Below are positions 12,301 to 21,799 of a stretch of 64,000 nt of DNA, piece by piece. Each line of letters begins with the position of its first letter. Within the stretch, counting starts at the first letter, position 1. Location of the stretch: the NCBI GenBank assembly GCA_965235115.1, contig OZ249447.1, positions 9,858,001 to 9,922,000 on the forward strand, in the 5' to 3' direction. A program made the position numbers and the translations under genes. A model generated the notes under the pieces. The model was not told where the DNA came from. It saw only the letters and a list, made by a program, of their open reading frames with translations, and searched no databases. The stretch comes from Laetmonice hystrix. Taxonomy: Eukaryota.

Positions 12301-12999
12301 AATCCCGGTGTAGAGAACCTGGGATTGTTCGTCGGGTCCTGATCCCAGGAACCCAATGGTGGAGGACCTCTCATCATTGGCAGCTACATAATGATCTCGG
12401 CTCGAGGCGAACGATTCCAAATTTGACAGGTTACCGAGATGCCGTATTTGGCAGGTGCCCTGTTCCACACTGCCACAGGTCAACAGTTTTCTTTGCGACT
12501 GGATCACGAGAAGAATTTTGTTGTAATTTTTTGTTAATTTCTTTTCGAATCTTTGATTGCACAACCCTTCTCTGTCTCCTGAAAATGGAAACGTACAACG
12601 CTTGTTGTCCCACACTGGTCCAGTGGAAACGTTCTGAATGAAAGTTAGATCGGGTCTGAGCCGATAGAGGGCGTTAACAGCACCAACAAAAACTGTCCCT
12701 GAGGCATCCACTGCCAGGTGGTTAAGCTGGGCGGGGGCGGAGAAGTCGACAACCTTTACCACACTGGAATGTGCCCCGTAGGCCCCGCGCAGGGAGGTGA
12801 GACTGAAGAGGATGGTTCCCACGATAACCAAACAGGACGGGTAGATGGCGGTGGGAAGGACTGACGTCGGCCGCCGGGAGAACCGGCCCGGCTGGAGAAC
12901 CGGCGGTGACATGACGGCAGCCGACCCTGGAGAACTAGGAGCTGGAGAAGCTGCCGCCCTGGAGAAGGTGGTGGCCTGGTGTCCTTGTCCTGGTGGCAT
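57..12999 (-). CDS. PLXN: Plexin (semaphorin receptor), probably plexin-B-like; 17 coding exons in window, 3'-truncated by window edge (1205 codons; TM and GAP domain lie left of position 1)
   Basis: Exons join in frame across 16 GT-AG introns. Translation gives a hydrophobic signal (CLVIVGTILFSLTSL), Sema motifs (NYNKILL..LLTCGSVEQGTC; SKISQVCGRDNKFRSYVEMPLEC), PSI motifs (CEKYTECHQC..DPYCGWCS; CTTC..CNWC; CSLC..CRWC) and IPT motifs (PLTGPLGGGTHVTISGSNLG; PTVGPMAGGTEVTISGQNL). Class assignment is tentative. Confidence 0.96.
544..637 (-). CDS. PLXN: Plexin coding exon 16 (IPT), 94 nt, (S)GGRVLTVEGTYFDVIQKPGFFIKSGEMNSTT
   Basis: TTTGTTTCAG| acceptor, ACA|GTAAGT donor, phase 2/0; SGG..LTV.GT.F..IQ.P motif; not in the ORF track. 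Confidence 0.94.
807..977 (-). CDS. PLXN: Plexin coding exon 15 (IPT), 171 nt, (K)EVSATKITCLT...NPNITNVYPRESYR
   Basis: TTTTAG| acceptor, AG|GTTCGT donor, phase 2/2. Confidence 0.93.
1262..1398 (-). CDS. PLXN: Plexin coding exon 14 (IPT), 137 nt, DPVVEGLSPTVGPMAGGTEVTISGQNLNTGGEILVSLDSLPCILH
   Basis: TTTCTGTGTGACAG| acceptor, AA|GTGAGT donor, phase 0/2. Its acceptor and first 33 nt form the terminal unit of the 93-bp array. Confidence 0.94.
1366..3130. repeat. 93-bp tandem repeat, 19 units + partial; unit = last ~60 nt of intron 13 + first 33 nt of exon 14
   Basis: Unit gacggtcagacttagtccctccaccaccgggtcctgtcacacagaaacatagacactctatatactccaacctatctcaaggtttcactaact; copies counted manually. 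Confidence 0.97.
3194..3293 (-). CDS. PLXN: Plexin coding exon 13 (IPT), 100 nt, (K)IVCVTEK...FESFQYQ
   Basis: TTTGTAG| acceptor, CAG|GTACGT donor, phase 2/0. Confidence 0.93.
3613..3764 (-). CDS. PLXN: Plexin coding exon 12 (IPT), 152 nt, VNPLTGPLGGGTHVTISGSNLG...YETAR
   Basis: ACCCAG| acceptor, AA|GTAAGT donor, phase 0/2. Confidence 0.95.
3993..4146. repeat. Degenerate ~42-bp tandem repeat (~4 copies) beside the exon 11 donor
   Basis: aagtccccctttaagagacc core recurs at ~4003, 4045, 4087, 4128. Confidence 0.75.
4159..4340 (-). CDS. PLXN: Plexin coding exon 11 (PSI-3), 182 nt, (A)QFYKCDLMGEDCSLC...CRWC...CPQPQLTG
   Basis: TTTCCAG| acceptor, GGG|GTAAGG donor, phase 1/0. Confidence 0.94.
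4682..4775 (-). CDS. PLXN: Plexin coding exon 10, 94 nt, YDYMRRKKKEAGKIDVIWNRSFYIDDVNDVQ
   Basis: CCGTAG| acceptor, G|GTAAGA donor, phase 0/1; V.WN..F.ID motif. Confidence 0.92.
4900..4992. repeat. Pyrimidine-rich low-complexity tract (CCCTTCCCC-like) beside the exon 9 donor
   Basis: Direct inspection. Confidence 0.85.
5003..5206 (-). CDS. PLXN: Plexin coding exon 9, 204 nt, MCPHLEP...LLVPVG...ARNLPEP...IVCDATM
   Basis: TGTCAG| acceptor, ATG|GTACGG donor, phase 0/0. Confidence 0.93.
5462..5579 (-). CDS. PLXN: Plexin coding exon 8 (PSI-2), 118 nt, CTTCTMAKWGCNWCVHSNGC...SDTN
   Basis: TTGTTTAG| acceptor, AAC|GTAAGA donor, phase 2/0. Confidence 0.94.
6081..6177 (-). CDS. PLXN: Plexin coding exon 7, 97 nt, (D)HVNVSVAIKSVDTNMSFVQTTFTFYDCSRHQ
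   Basis: TTTCAG| acceptor, TC|GTAAGT donor, phase 1/2; F.FYDCS motif. Confidence 0.94.
6382..6538 (-). CDS. PLXN: Plexin coding exon 6, 157 nt, VTVRIDQLP...IKCRTPP...RNGN
   Basis: CCCTAG| acceptor, G|GTCAGT donor, phase 0/1. Confidence 0.92.
6554..6612. repeat. 21-bp repeat x~3 immediately upstream (minus strand) of the exon 6 acceptor
   Basis: ccaacaacatgtcagcaacat repeated; each copy carries CTGAC on the minus strand. Confidence 0.9.
6754..6880 (-). CDS. PLXN: Plexin coding exon 5, 127 nt, (R)CVHKEQCPKSKLRNFWLSPKSWGCIRIKEITPDRASVSRQEQ
   Basis: TTTCAG| acceptor, CAG|GTAAAG donor, phase 2/0. Confidence 0.93.
7278..7381 (-). CDS. PLXN: Plexin coding exon 4 (PSI-1), 104 nt, LFRIRVSECEKYTECHQCIVSTDDPYCGWCSLER
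   Basis: TTACAG| acceptor, AG|GTGAGT donor, phase 0/2; not in the ORF track (no Met), found by manual translation. Confidence 0.95.
7376..7460. repeat. 28-bp repeat x3 containing the exon 4 splice acceptor
   Basis: aacagctgt(a/t)(a/g)ttaacaaacc-like core at 28-bp spacing; ACAG|CTGTT on minus strand at 7381, 7409, 7437. Confidence 0.9.
7427..7671 (+). mobile_element. Degenerate copy of the TTAGGG-like small TIR element family (intron 3), with an internal ~75-bp duplication
   Basis: gggcagggctagggata..ctttgggag shared with 21672-21700; right end gtggatctgttaccgt matches the family TIR at 12/16. Confidence 0.5.
9645..9735 (-). mobile_element. SINE central-domain fragment (Meta/V-domain-like), truncated
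   Basis: Minus strand GGTGTTTTCCCCGGTTCTCCGGTTTCCCCCAACCAATCAAACTG resembles the widespread GGTTTTCTCCGGGTACTCCGGTTTCCTCC(C)AC core of invertebrate SINEs (recalled consensus, not searched). No tRNA head visible. Confidence 0.55.
9751..9879 (-). CDS. PLXN: Plexin coding exon 3 (end of Sema), 129 nt, IVLQRD...HIYVMTRRK
   Basis: CGCAG| acceptor, AAG|GTAAGC donor, phase 0/0. Confidence 0.93.
10305..10639. repeat. Purine-rich tandem repeat with 35- and 48-bp variant units, abutting the assembly gap
   Basis: gagaacagcg...gcaggcaagtagat(a/g)gaatggc units. Confidence 0.85.
10640..10919. other. Assembly gap (280 N) in plexin intron 2
   Basis: N run. Flanking exons 2 and 3 join in frame with plexin-like continuity, so no constitutive exon appears to be missing. 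Confidence 0.99.
11215..11403 (-). CDS. PLXN: Plexin coding exon 2 (Sema), 189 nt, KVTITEDFC...GHLKK
   Basis: TTTACAG| acceptor, AAG|GTTCGT donor, phase 0/0; TAVA..TVAFLGT..GHLKK motif. Confidence 0.95.
11704..12999 (-). CDS. PLXN: Plexin coding exon 1 (signal peptide + most of Sema domain), 1296 nt
   Basis: ATG at 12999 (alternative in-frame ATG at 12912); donor AAG|GTAAGT at 11704/11703; upstream acceptor TGTTTCAG| places the exon start at 13071. The single large Sema exon is typical of plexins. Confidence 0.95.
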
Positions 13000-13017
13000 G
13001 GACTAGATGGCTGTGGG

Positions 13018-13062
13018 CTAGGAGAACGGCGCCAGGGCGTCAGTCGGCCTCACGCCGGGCAT
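13018..13062 (-). other. Upstream ORF (MPGVRPTDALAPFS*) in the plexin 5' UTR part of the first coding exon
   Basis: GCC-ATG at 13062, TAG at 13020-13018; lies between the acceptor (exon start 13071) and the plexin ATG (12999). Confidence 0.7.
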
Positions 13063-13425
13063 GGCTCTGCTCTGAAACACGCAAGGTTTATACCTAAGAC
13101 TTCACACACCGAGGATTTTCGTTGGTGGAGGGGGTCGCCCCCCCCTAGAAAAAAATCCTGAATTTTCATGGGGGCTCCACAGTCCTAAAGACTAGTGCGT
13201 ACAATAGAAGAAACCACATGCTTCCATCTTACTTTGGCTCCGTCAGTTGGGAGAAGGGGGTGGGGTGTAACACCATTCCATTATAGAACTGGGTATACGG
13301 ATTTCAAGATGCTGAGATGTGTAGACTGAAAGGGCATGCAGGATGCAGTCAGTCAATACATCTGCTGATGACAAATTACCTGGATGTCACACGTGAAATG
13401 GTCACTAACAAAAAGACAACTTCGT

Positions 13426-14168
13426 TATGGCTCCCTGAGAAACCGTTCAACCCTCGGACCACTTCACTATGGCCCCCTGAGAAACCGTTCAGCCCATCGG
13501 AACAGTTCGCATTGACCCCCTGGGAAACCGTTCAGCCCTTCGGAACAGTTCGCATTGACCCCCTGGGAAACCGTTCAGCCCATCGGAACAGTTCGCATTG
13601 ACCCCCTGGGAAACCGTTCAGCCCTTCGGAACAGTTCGCATTGACCCCCTGGGAAACCGTTCAGCCCTTCGGAACAGTTCGCATTGACCCCCTGGGAAAC
13701 CGTTCAGCCCTTCGGAACAGTTCGCATTGACCCCCTGGGAAACCGTTCAGCCCTTCGGAACAGTTCGCATTGACCCCCTGGGAAACCGTTCAGCCCTTCG
13801 GAACAGTTCGCATTGACCCCTTGGGAAACCGTTCAGCCCTTCGGAACAGTTCGCATTGACCCCTTGGGAAACCGTTCAGCCCTTCGGACCACTTCGCTAT
13901 GGCTGCCTGAGAAACCGTTTAGGCCTTCGGAACAGTTCGCAATGGCCCCCTGAGATACCGTTCAGCCCTTCGGACCACTTCGCAATGACCCCCTGAGATA
14001 CCGTTCAGCCCTTCGGAACAGTTCGCAATGACCCCCTGAGATACCGTTCAGCCCTTCGGAACAGTTCGCAATGACCCCCTGAGATACCGTTCAGCCCTTC
14101 GGAACAGTTCGCAATGACCCCCTGAGAAACCGTTCAGCCCTTCCGAACAGTTCGCAATGGTTCCCTGA
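13426..14168. repeat. 43-bp minisatellite, ~17 copies
   Basis: ccgttcagcccttcggaacagttcgcattgaccccctgggaaa with position-clustered variants. Confidence 0.95.
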
Positions 14169-17100
14169 GGCTTTCCTACCCGTTACCTAATTGACAAAAT
14201 TCAAACACGAAAACGATATGATAGAAATCTGCGGGTTCTAAAAATGTCTGCACAGAATAAATGAATTCTACCTCCTCATACATAGAATAGATGTGTATGT
14301 CTTGGGGACGATTTTCATGTTTTAAACAGTAAAACTTACCCCCTTCCCACCTGTGCCCCGCGATGCTAGTGTTATTTCAGGTGGTCCGTAGATTTTCTCG
14401 CCCCTTCCCCACATGATTACGGATTCAGCACTGATAGGACTCACCCTACCGGAGTGGTAATTGGAAGTAGTTTGTGTGCGTGCCGATAGGTGGCACTGGT
14501 CGACTCAGGGCGGAAAGCACGTCCATTTGGTTCCGAGTTCTGATAGGATTACCGGCATGCACACGTGGCATTGTCTGACTACGGTCGCTTTCATAGGAAA
14601 ACATGCAATTTGGTGGTAATCAAATTAACGACTTGGGCCAGGAGATAGGGAGCAGGCATAAAACTATTAGGGATACAATACCCTAGGTCTGGTTTCTGGG
14701 AGGTTCTTGCACGCGGACACTGAGCGCCTATTTTCTTGGTTTGCGTGTCACACAGCACGAGGAGCCACAACTGTTACACACTTGATCAAACTCTCTCAAA
14801 ACAGTGATACAAATATTGAGACTGAGTGCAACATTTCACATGGGGAACTGGAGTCCAGGAAATCAGACGGCAACTTTTTCTGTCAATATTGTGTTTATGG
14901 TATGCTATGTGATTTTCCTGATTGGATAGCGAGATGACATTGCATGCCTGCTGCCCTGCTTATTTCCCACGAGGAAAACCTTGCGACATGTTTTTATGCT
15001 CGACAAACACGAGTTTGTGTGGAGCAGACAACCCCGTCTGAAAACGTCCATTCACCGGGTCTGTTTGCATTGAAAGGGCTATGAAGATGAGCATGATATA
15101 AGCTTTCAAAGTCCGATAAATCTCAGCATATTTACCAAGCCATCCGTCCAGCTGCGTTGCAGCCGGAGTTTTTCAGAGGAAACACTCGGGACAACTCGAA
15201 GTTACGACTGTGTAATGTCGACAAACACACAGAGATTGTGGGGGTGGGTCATGTCTGCTCTCTGAGCACCAGACTTGGTGAAATATTCATGAACCACTCC
15301 CCAATCCTCAACAAACAATATATGCTACAGGAGAACCAAAAACACTATGGCATAGAGAGAATGATGCATTTCCTATAAATTTACAATAATGATATATGTT
15401 CCGTGATGTAGTACAAAAGTAGATCCGTGATGTAGTACAAAGGTAGATGAAGTATAGATGAGCCCTGTATATCCCTGACGTTCCCACTATCACTTTGAAA
15501 TCATACTGTGACTTTAGCAGCACATCATAAAGTAGCCAAAGAATTCGGCTCTGTGCTCTGTACAGAGCCGAAGGTCGCTGTTCAGAATTTCCGAGCGTAC
15601 CCGGACAAATCTTCTGTCTGCCATGAAAAGCCCTCCCTTGTCTCTATATGTTGATGAAATAGTGATAAATAAACTCAAAATAACTTATCTCTCATATCTG
15701 CAAGCTGGAAAAGCACGATGTGACACAATAAAGACAGTCACATCTCTCGAACCGAGAAATTTCAATGCTCGTTAACCGTCGGAGAGATGCATGCTGGGAT
15801 ATCAAAGGCAACATGGCGGCCGGTAAAACGCCGTAAAATGGGTGATCTAGACATTAATTTGACGTTGTACTATTAGAAACACTGCTTTAGGACCCCACAC
15901 ACCTACTGTCAAGATAAATAGATGCCGGTGAGTTGATCAGTGCAAGCGGTGGTGGTCTGGCCTGGGTGTGGTCTGACCCGCCAGGAATTTAAGCCATTGC
16001 CTGTAAGCCTTGCTGGCTCGGCACAAGGCTTACTACGTAGGCTAATCATAAAGGTGACACGGCAGTTTCAAACCTCAGCCATTGGTTGGTATACCGTCGA
16101 CTGATAGACATTTCATGTCGCCTACCATTCATCCACATATATTGGTAGTGAGTCCGGAGAAGGACCCAGGGGTAAAAACTGAATCAAGTTCTGCCAGTAG
16201 TCTGGGGTCTGGCGTGGACCGTGCGAGGAAGGTTCCAGTACTACTATAAGTATAACCCTATAGTGTTGGATCAGTTGTCTGTGCCGCCCGGACCGAGGCA
16301 GGTGTATGTAAACGGTGCTGTGTGTACGGTAGGGTGTAACGTATATACCTGTCCTCTCTCAATGTAAGCGACAAGGTGCAGGTGAAAAAACAAAACAACA
16401 TGTCAGGTATTTTGGTGAGTGTCCCCGTCTGGGTGTGTGTTCAGGGAGGTGAAGGGGGGGGGGGGTTGGTGTTGGACTGGGGGCTGTTCACGGGTTGGAC
16501 TAGGGGGCTGACCTGGATATGGCCCGTTCTATAACCACCCATGACATGTAATCACATACTGACATGAAATAATGTCTATATGCTCCTCAGATGTTTTTGC
16601 TCATTTAACAGGCAAGCATGTTGACATTCTTCTTACTGGCACATTTCTTACATGCCTTCCGATGCTTAGACTTATGCTGAAGAATCAAGACTATCGTTAT
16701 GATATACTAGGTTTATTCAAAAAGTAGTTCCGATGAGAATTCTGCCCCCTTTATTCGCTCATGCAGCACAATGAAACACTTATTCCAAATCCGTGTATGT
16801 TTGTAAGAAGTATACAAGGATGTAATAATATTGACGTATTGTTGGCATTCCCATGTCGTGCCTAGATGAAACTGAAGGCAGCCATAGTAGAGAACCCACT
16901 GGATTCAGCGACATTAAAACCTTATATAACCGCGTCTTATCACTGCTAGGAGATGGTGTGCTCAATCAGAATTCAAACCACGTGTATCGCAAAGTCATTA
17001 AATTGATTTGTTGGAGTCCTATGCCCCCTCCCACCTTACTCCGAATTATTTTCGTCCCAAACAGTTTCTGACACATTCCACGAGTGTTTGTTCCTAAACA

Positions 17101-20100
17101 CTTGACACACTTCTCAGTGCCACTCTCTTGTGAGTCGATAGCGGAAACAAAGTATTGGCCTATAATGCCAATTCGATGTTTTCCGCCATTTAAAACATTT
17201 TGAACGAGACTAAAGGGAAATAGATTGGAAGATCGGAGGGTTCCAATGTCGGTATGTGTTAGGATGAGTTACAAACCGACGCGCTGTGGGGGCTCGACAT
17301 AATTTGGAGCCGAGCCAGGTTTGTCTCGAGGCTGCTGATTGGATCATTTGGTTGAGTGAATCCGGCATGTCGTGGTGGTGTGAGAAAAGTGGCGGTGTGT
17401 TTTAATTAAATGTGGCGCCGCCGCCGCCGCCGCCGCCGCTGGCTGCCACTGTTGGGTGGACAGCAAGGTGTTCAAGACACCTTGCCTACCCTGAACCTAG
17501 TGCTTCTCATTATCACCAGCTCCACCACGACTGTGTTTCCGCACTCCTTTTCTTAATTAATCTTATCATTAATAAGCGAAATTACATCTAAACGAACCCA
17601 ACAAAGCCGCTCTTATGATGTAGCCCATTATAAGTAGCTCCTGAGTAAGTATGTCCCTAATGAACATCATCCTAAATGAGATAGAGCCCGCCCACAAACA
17701 GCCTTAAACTGGGATAGACTCTATGATTCGGCCCTTATATATCGACCATGTCAAATAACGTTTTACGCATTTTTGCAAACTAAATGATTATAAACAAAAT
17801 CGTGTACTAAATTCATTGACAGCTCCTACATGAATCTTCTAACAAAATGACGGTTGAAATGCAATCTTTTGGGCGGAATTAACTTTCTTAATATTGCGAA
17901 CCCATAACATCATTAGTTTTTTTGAAAGAATGTACTTGTTTTAAAATTGACTTTCCTCCACGGGTTGTGAAATCTTTCCTTCCCAAGTAAGGAACAAGAT
18001 GATTCCATAATGAAGTCCCCACATGAACTCTTCTCTCGAATATTCCAACTTTATGGAGGTCCAATCAAACTTTCTAATTAACTTCACCCCGGTATCAGTG
18101 CACTGCCAAGGTGACTCCCATCACGGCGCTGATAAACATAGCGCCCTCTCCTGACCCTTATCAGAACTAAAAGCGCAGCCACTGAGCTGGCCTCATAATT
18201 CTCGGCGCGATGGCATCATAATGGAAGCGGTGCTCAGATTACGGGAGTCAATAAGTTTTAATTACGGAATCCCTGTGTGGCAACCATTTCGGTAGGAAGC
18301 CGAACTCGCTGGCAAAGACTGGGGGAGTGGAGGGACGGAGAACCCTGGCTGCGGTCATCCTGGGCAGGCGGACACTGCAGTCATAACGGATCTCCTTCCT
18401 CCAGGGTGACACCTGGAGGATGGAGAGGGCACTGGAGGAACTGCTGCAGGTCACACAGGTTGCTCCAGGGTGGACCTACAGTGTCAGTGTATGATAGACA
18501 GTCCGAATTAATCGAAGCTCTATTTGTCCGGGTATGATAGAGACGTCTAGAGAAACTACCCCAGACTCTGTGAGAGCACCGACTTCACCACAAATAGATA
18601 AACTCGTCACCAGATAATTATTTCTTCCTTCTCATCAATTTTTTAACTGTGATATGAAGCTAGGCCACGCTTTGCGGCAGGCTGCATCCACGGCACACGG
18701 TATCTAAAAAAGCAAAGCAATTAATTGAAATACAGCCGTATTTCTAACATGATCCTGGCTTTGACGCATCGGTTTCAAAATGTCTGAACTGCTGGTCTGC
18801 CATTGTTCGTGGGCTGGGGCCTACGGGCAACTGCAGCACATCATGAACGGTGACGTTTGAACAAAGCCAAACAGCACCGACACAGAGGGCTTTCTTGAGT
18901 TCTCTGGTTGTCCTCCAACTACAATCTTATCTAAATCCTTTGTGCTTATTTGAATTTTGAATGTTGAAAACAATGAATACTATAGCTGTAAAATATTGAA
19001 ACTATGAGTCCCCTCAAACCCCATTCGCAATCTTGTCTGATGATGTATGATGTCCTGGTTTCTTCAAGCGTCACTCTGGGTTAGAGGTCCGTGAGGAAAT
19101 ACAGAACCCTAACCCCGGCCTTGACCTGACCCGGAACGAGTCTCCTACAGTGACCACACAGCGGCCATCAGAGGAACCATTCAGGCAACATTTCACGCCA
19201 CGCTGCACCTTGTGTGTGGATCAAAAGGCTGACGGCGGGCGGGGATCAAAGTCAGGATCCGAGGTTAATGAGCGTTCTCTTATCTGGGTCACCTCAGGTC
19301 ACAACTTGCCCAAACTGATCCTCGAACTTGGGCTGGACGGTTTGCAGCTTACCGACCTGCTGGCATGAGGCATGGCCTGGAAACGGTGGAGTGTGCCAAT
19401 CCTTGGACCAGTAAACAGAGGTGTTCAGCAAATCATTGCACGCCCCCCTCACGTTCCCAATGGGTGATAAATAAAGAGTGACTGGTTGCTTGATTGACGG
19501 AATACATCCGATGACCATCATCAGGGCCGGGAGATTGGTGTTTCTCGACGTACTTGGATGATATCATTGCCGAAACATGGGGACTTTCTACTACGGCAGC
19601 TCCAGAATTGACATGAACATCAACATTATTGATTAAGATGGCGTCAGTTACTCGACAAGGCAGGACGGTAAGAAAGTGTACACACACCCAGACACGTGTG
19701 AATTCACAAGGTGTGGCAGGAACAAAGGAAGGCGTAAGTCATTGTGTTCTACCAATACCTGAACTATCCCAGGTAGGTTTGACTTGAAATAGCAGCCACT
19801 GCACTGGTCAACAGACGCCACGCATGCCAGGCAGGAGGGAGTGAACGTTATCATCGTATCGCTTACGTTTTGCGAGACATTCGGTTGTATCGCCAACAGT
19901 TTTTGACGAATCGCGATTTGCGATGCCATCCCGGCGGTCTGTCGTTCACAAAGAAATCCGAATAAGAGGTAGTCGGGCCTCTCGTGTGACGTCACTAATC
20001 TGCAGGTGTGGGTGTGGGTAAGACTAGCGGTGAGATTAGCGGTAATATGACCGTAATACCTCCCCTCTCCCGGGGTGACCCGGGTCAGTACTCTCTCCAC

Positions 20101-20686
20101 ACCTGTCCCGGTCACTTCCTGACGTCCACCTGGATCGAGTTACCACAACGACCACCTCATCAACGAATTATCAACTTCAGTACTTTATGACACTGGTCTT
20201 TGATCGTATATACATTCATGTTTATGACATTACAATTCTCATGGGCCATGTGTCATACATTATTTCAAAAAAATAAATAACGCGTGATAAGCACTAATCT
20301 CATCCACAATTATTTAATGTACATGTCAATTTTCCCTGTACCGTGAAAACGTGACGAGGCACCATTGCCATGACGACTTGAAGCTGGGTCACCTTACGGC
20401 GGTCGGCTACTGGATGGATCCCCAACATTAAACTTGATAACATGACACCGACTGCCAACACCGTGTAATACTGGACGCCCTTTGTGTGTTGTCAGAGCCG
20501 ACTCGGACAAGGATCGACTTTTTCTGACGGCAAACCCCAATAATCACAATAATCAATGTTCGCCGTGTCCATCTGAAGGACCGTAGCTGTCAATCAAAGA
20601 CACCAGTCGTTGACTGTTTACTCTCACACTCCACGTCTGTGTGTGGGTAACGGATTCGGGTGGCAGCTGGCTGTGGTTATTACTCC

Positions 20687-21799
20687 GTGCTAACATTCCC
20701 ACCAAACTGCGGTAAGGAGTTAGGGTAAGGGCTAACATTCCCACCAAACTGCGGCAAGGAGTGAGGGTATGGGCTAACATTCCCACCAAACTGCGGCAAG
20801 GAGTGAGGGTATGGGCTAACATTCCCACCAAACTGCGGCAAGGAGTGAGGGTATGGGCTAACATTCCCACCAAACTGCGGTAAGGAGTTAGGGTAAGGGC
20901 TAACATTCCCACCAAACTGCGGTAAGGATTGAGGGTCAGGGCTAACATGCCCACCAAACTGCGGTAAGGAGTTACGGTAAGGGCTAACATTCCCACCAAA
21001 CTGCGGTAAGGAGTTAGGGTAAGGGCTAACATGCCCACGAAATTGCGGTAAGGAGTTAGGGTAAGGGCTAACATTCCCACCAAACTGCGGTAAGGAGTTA
21101 GGGTAAGGGCTAACATTCCCACCAAACTGCGGTAAGGAGTTAGGGTAAGGGCTAACATGCCCACGAAATTGCGGTAAGGAGTTAGGGTAAGGGCTAACAT
21201 TCCCACCAAACTGCGGTAAGGAGTTAGGGTAAGGGCTAACATTCCCACCAAACTGCGGTAAGGAGTTAGGGTAAGGGCTAACATTCCCACCAAACTGCGG
21301 TAAGGAGTTAGGGTAAGGGCTAACATTCCCACCAAACTGCGGTAAGGAGTTAGGGTAAGGGCCCACCAAATTGCGGGAAGGAGTTAGGGTAAGGGCTAAC
21401 ATTCCCACCAAACTGCGGTAAGGAGTTAGGGTAAGGGCCCACCAAATTGCGGGAAGGAGTTAGGGTAAGGGCTAACATTCCCACCAAACTGCGGTAAGGA
21501 GTTAGGGTAAGGGCCCACCAAATTGCGGGAAGGAGTTAGGGTAAGGGCTAACATTCCCACCAAACTGCTGTAAGGAGTTAGGGTAAGGGCTAACATTCCC
21601 ACCAAACTGCGGGAAGGAGTTAGGGTAAGGGCTAAAATTCCCACCAAACTGCGCTAAGGAGTTAGGGTAAGGGCAGGGCTAGGGATAAGTCTTTGGGAGA
21701 AGTTTAAGGACAAAGGTTAGGCTTTACGGTTAGGTTTACGGCGAGAAATAGTGCCAGAATTTTAATTCTTGCTCCTAAATTCCGTGAAGATATTACGAT
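20687..21799 (+). mobile_element. TTAGGG-like small TIR element whose left end is amplified as a 42-bp minisatellite (~24 units, 20687-21675)
   Basis: Unit gggctaacattcccaccaaactgcggtaaggagttagggtaa; unique tail 21675-21799 aligns with the reverse complement of 62344-62520; ends gtgctaacattcccac / gtgaagatattacgat match that TIR at 13/16 and 12/16. Confidence 0.75.

Noticed and set aside
17410-17600. (GCC)n tract with TAAT/ATTA-rich flank suggestive of a conserved enhancer (similar patches near 28.0, 31.0 and 56.7 kb)
   Set aside because: Short homeodomain motifs are common by chance; cannot be supported without cross-species alignment.
19648-20115. 155-aa non-repetitive minus-strand ORF
   Set aside because: No recognisable domain, no convincing splice sites or partner exons; length is within chance expectation for 64 kb.
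20553-21647. 243-260-aa repetitive ORFs
   Set aside because: Artefact of the 42-bp array.
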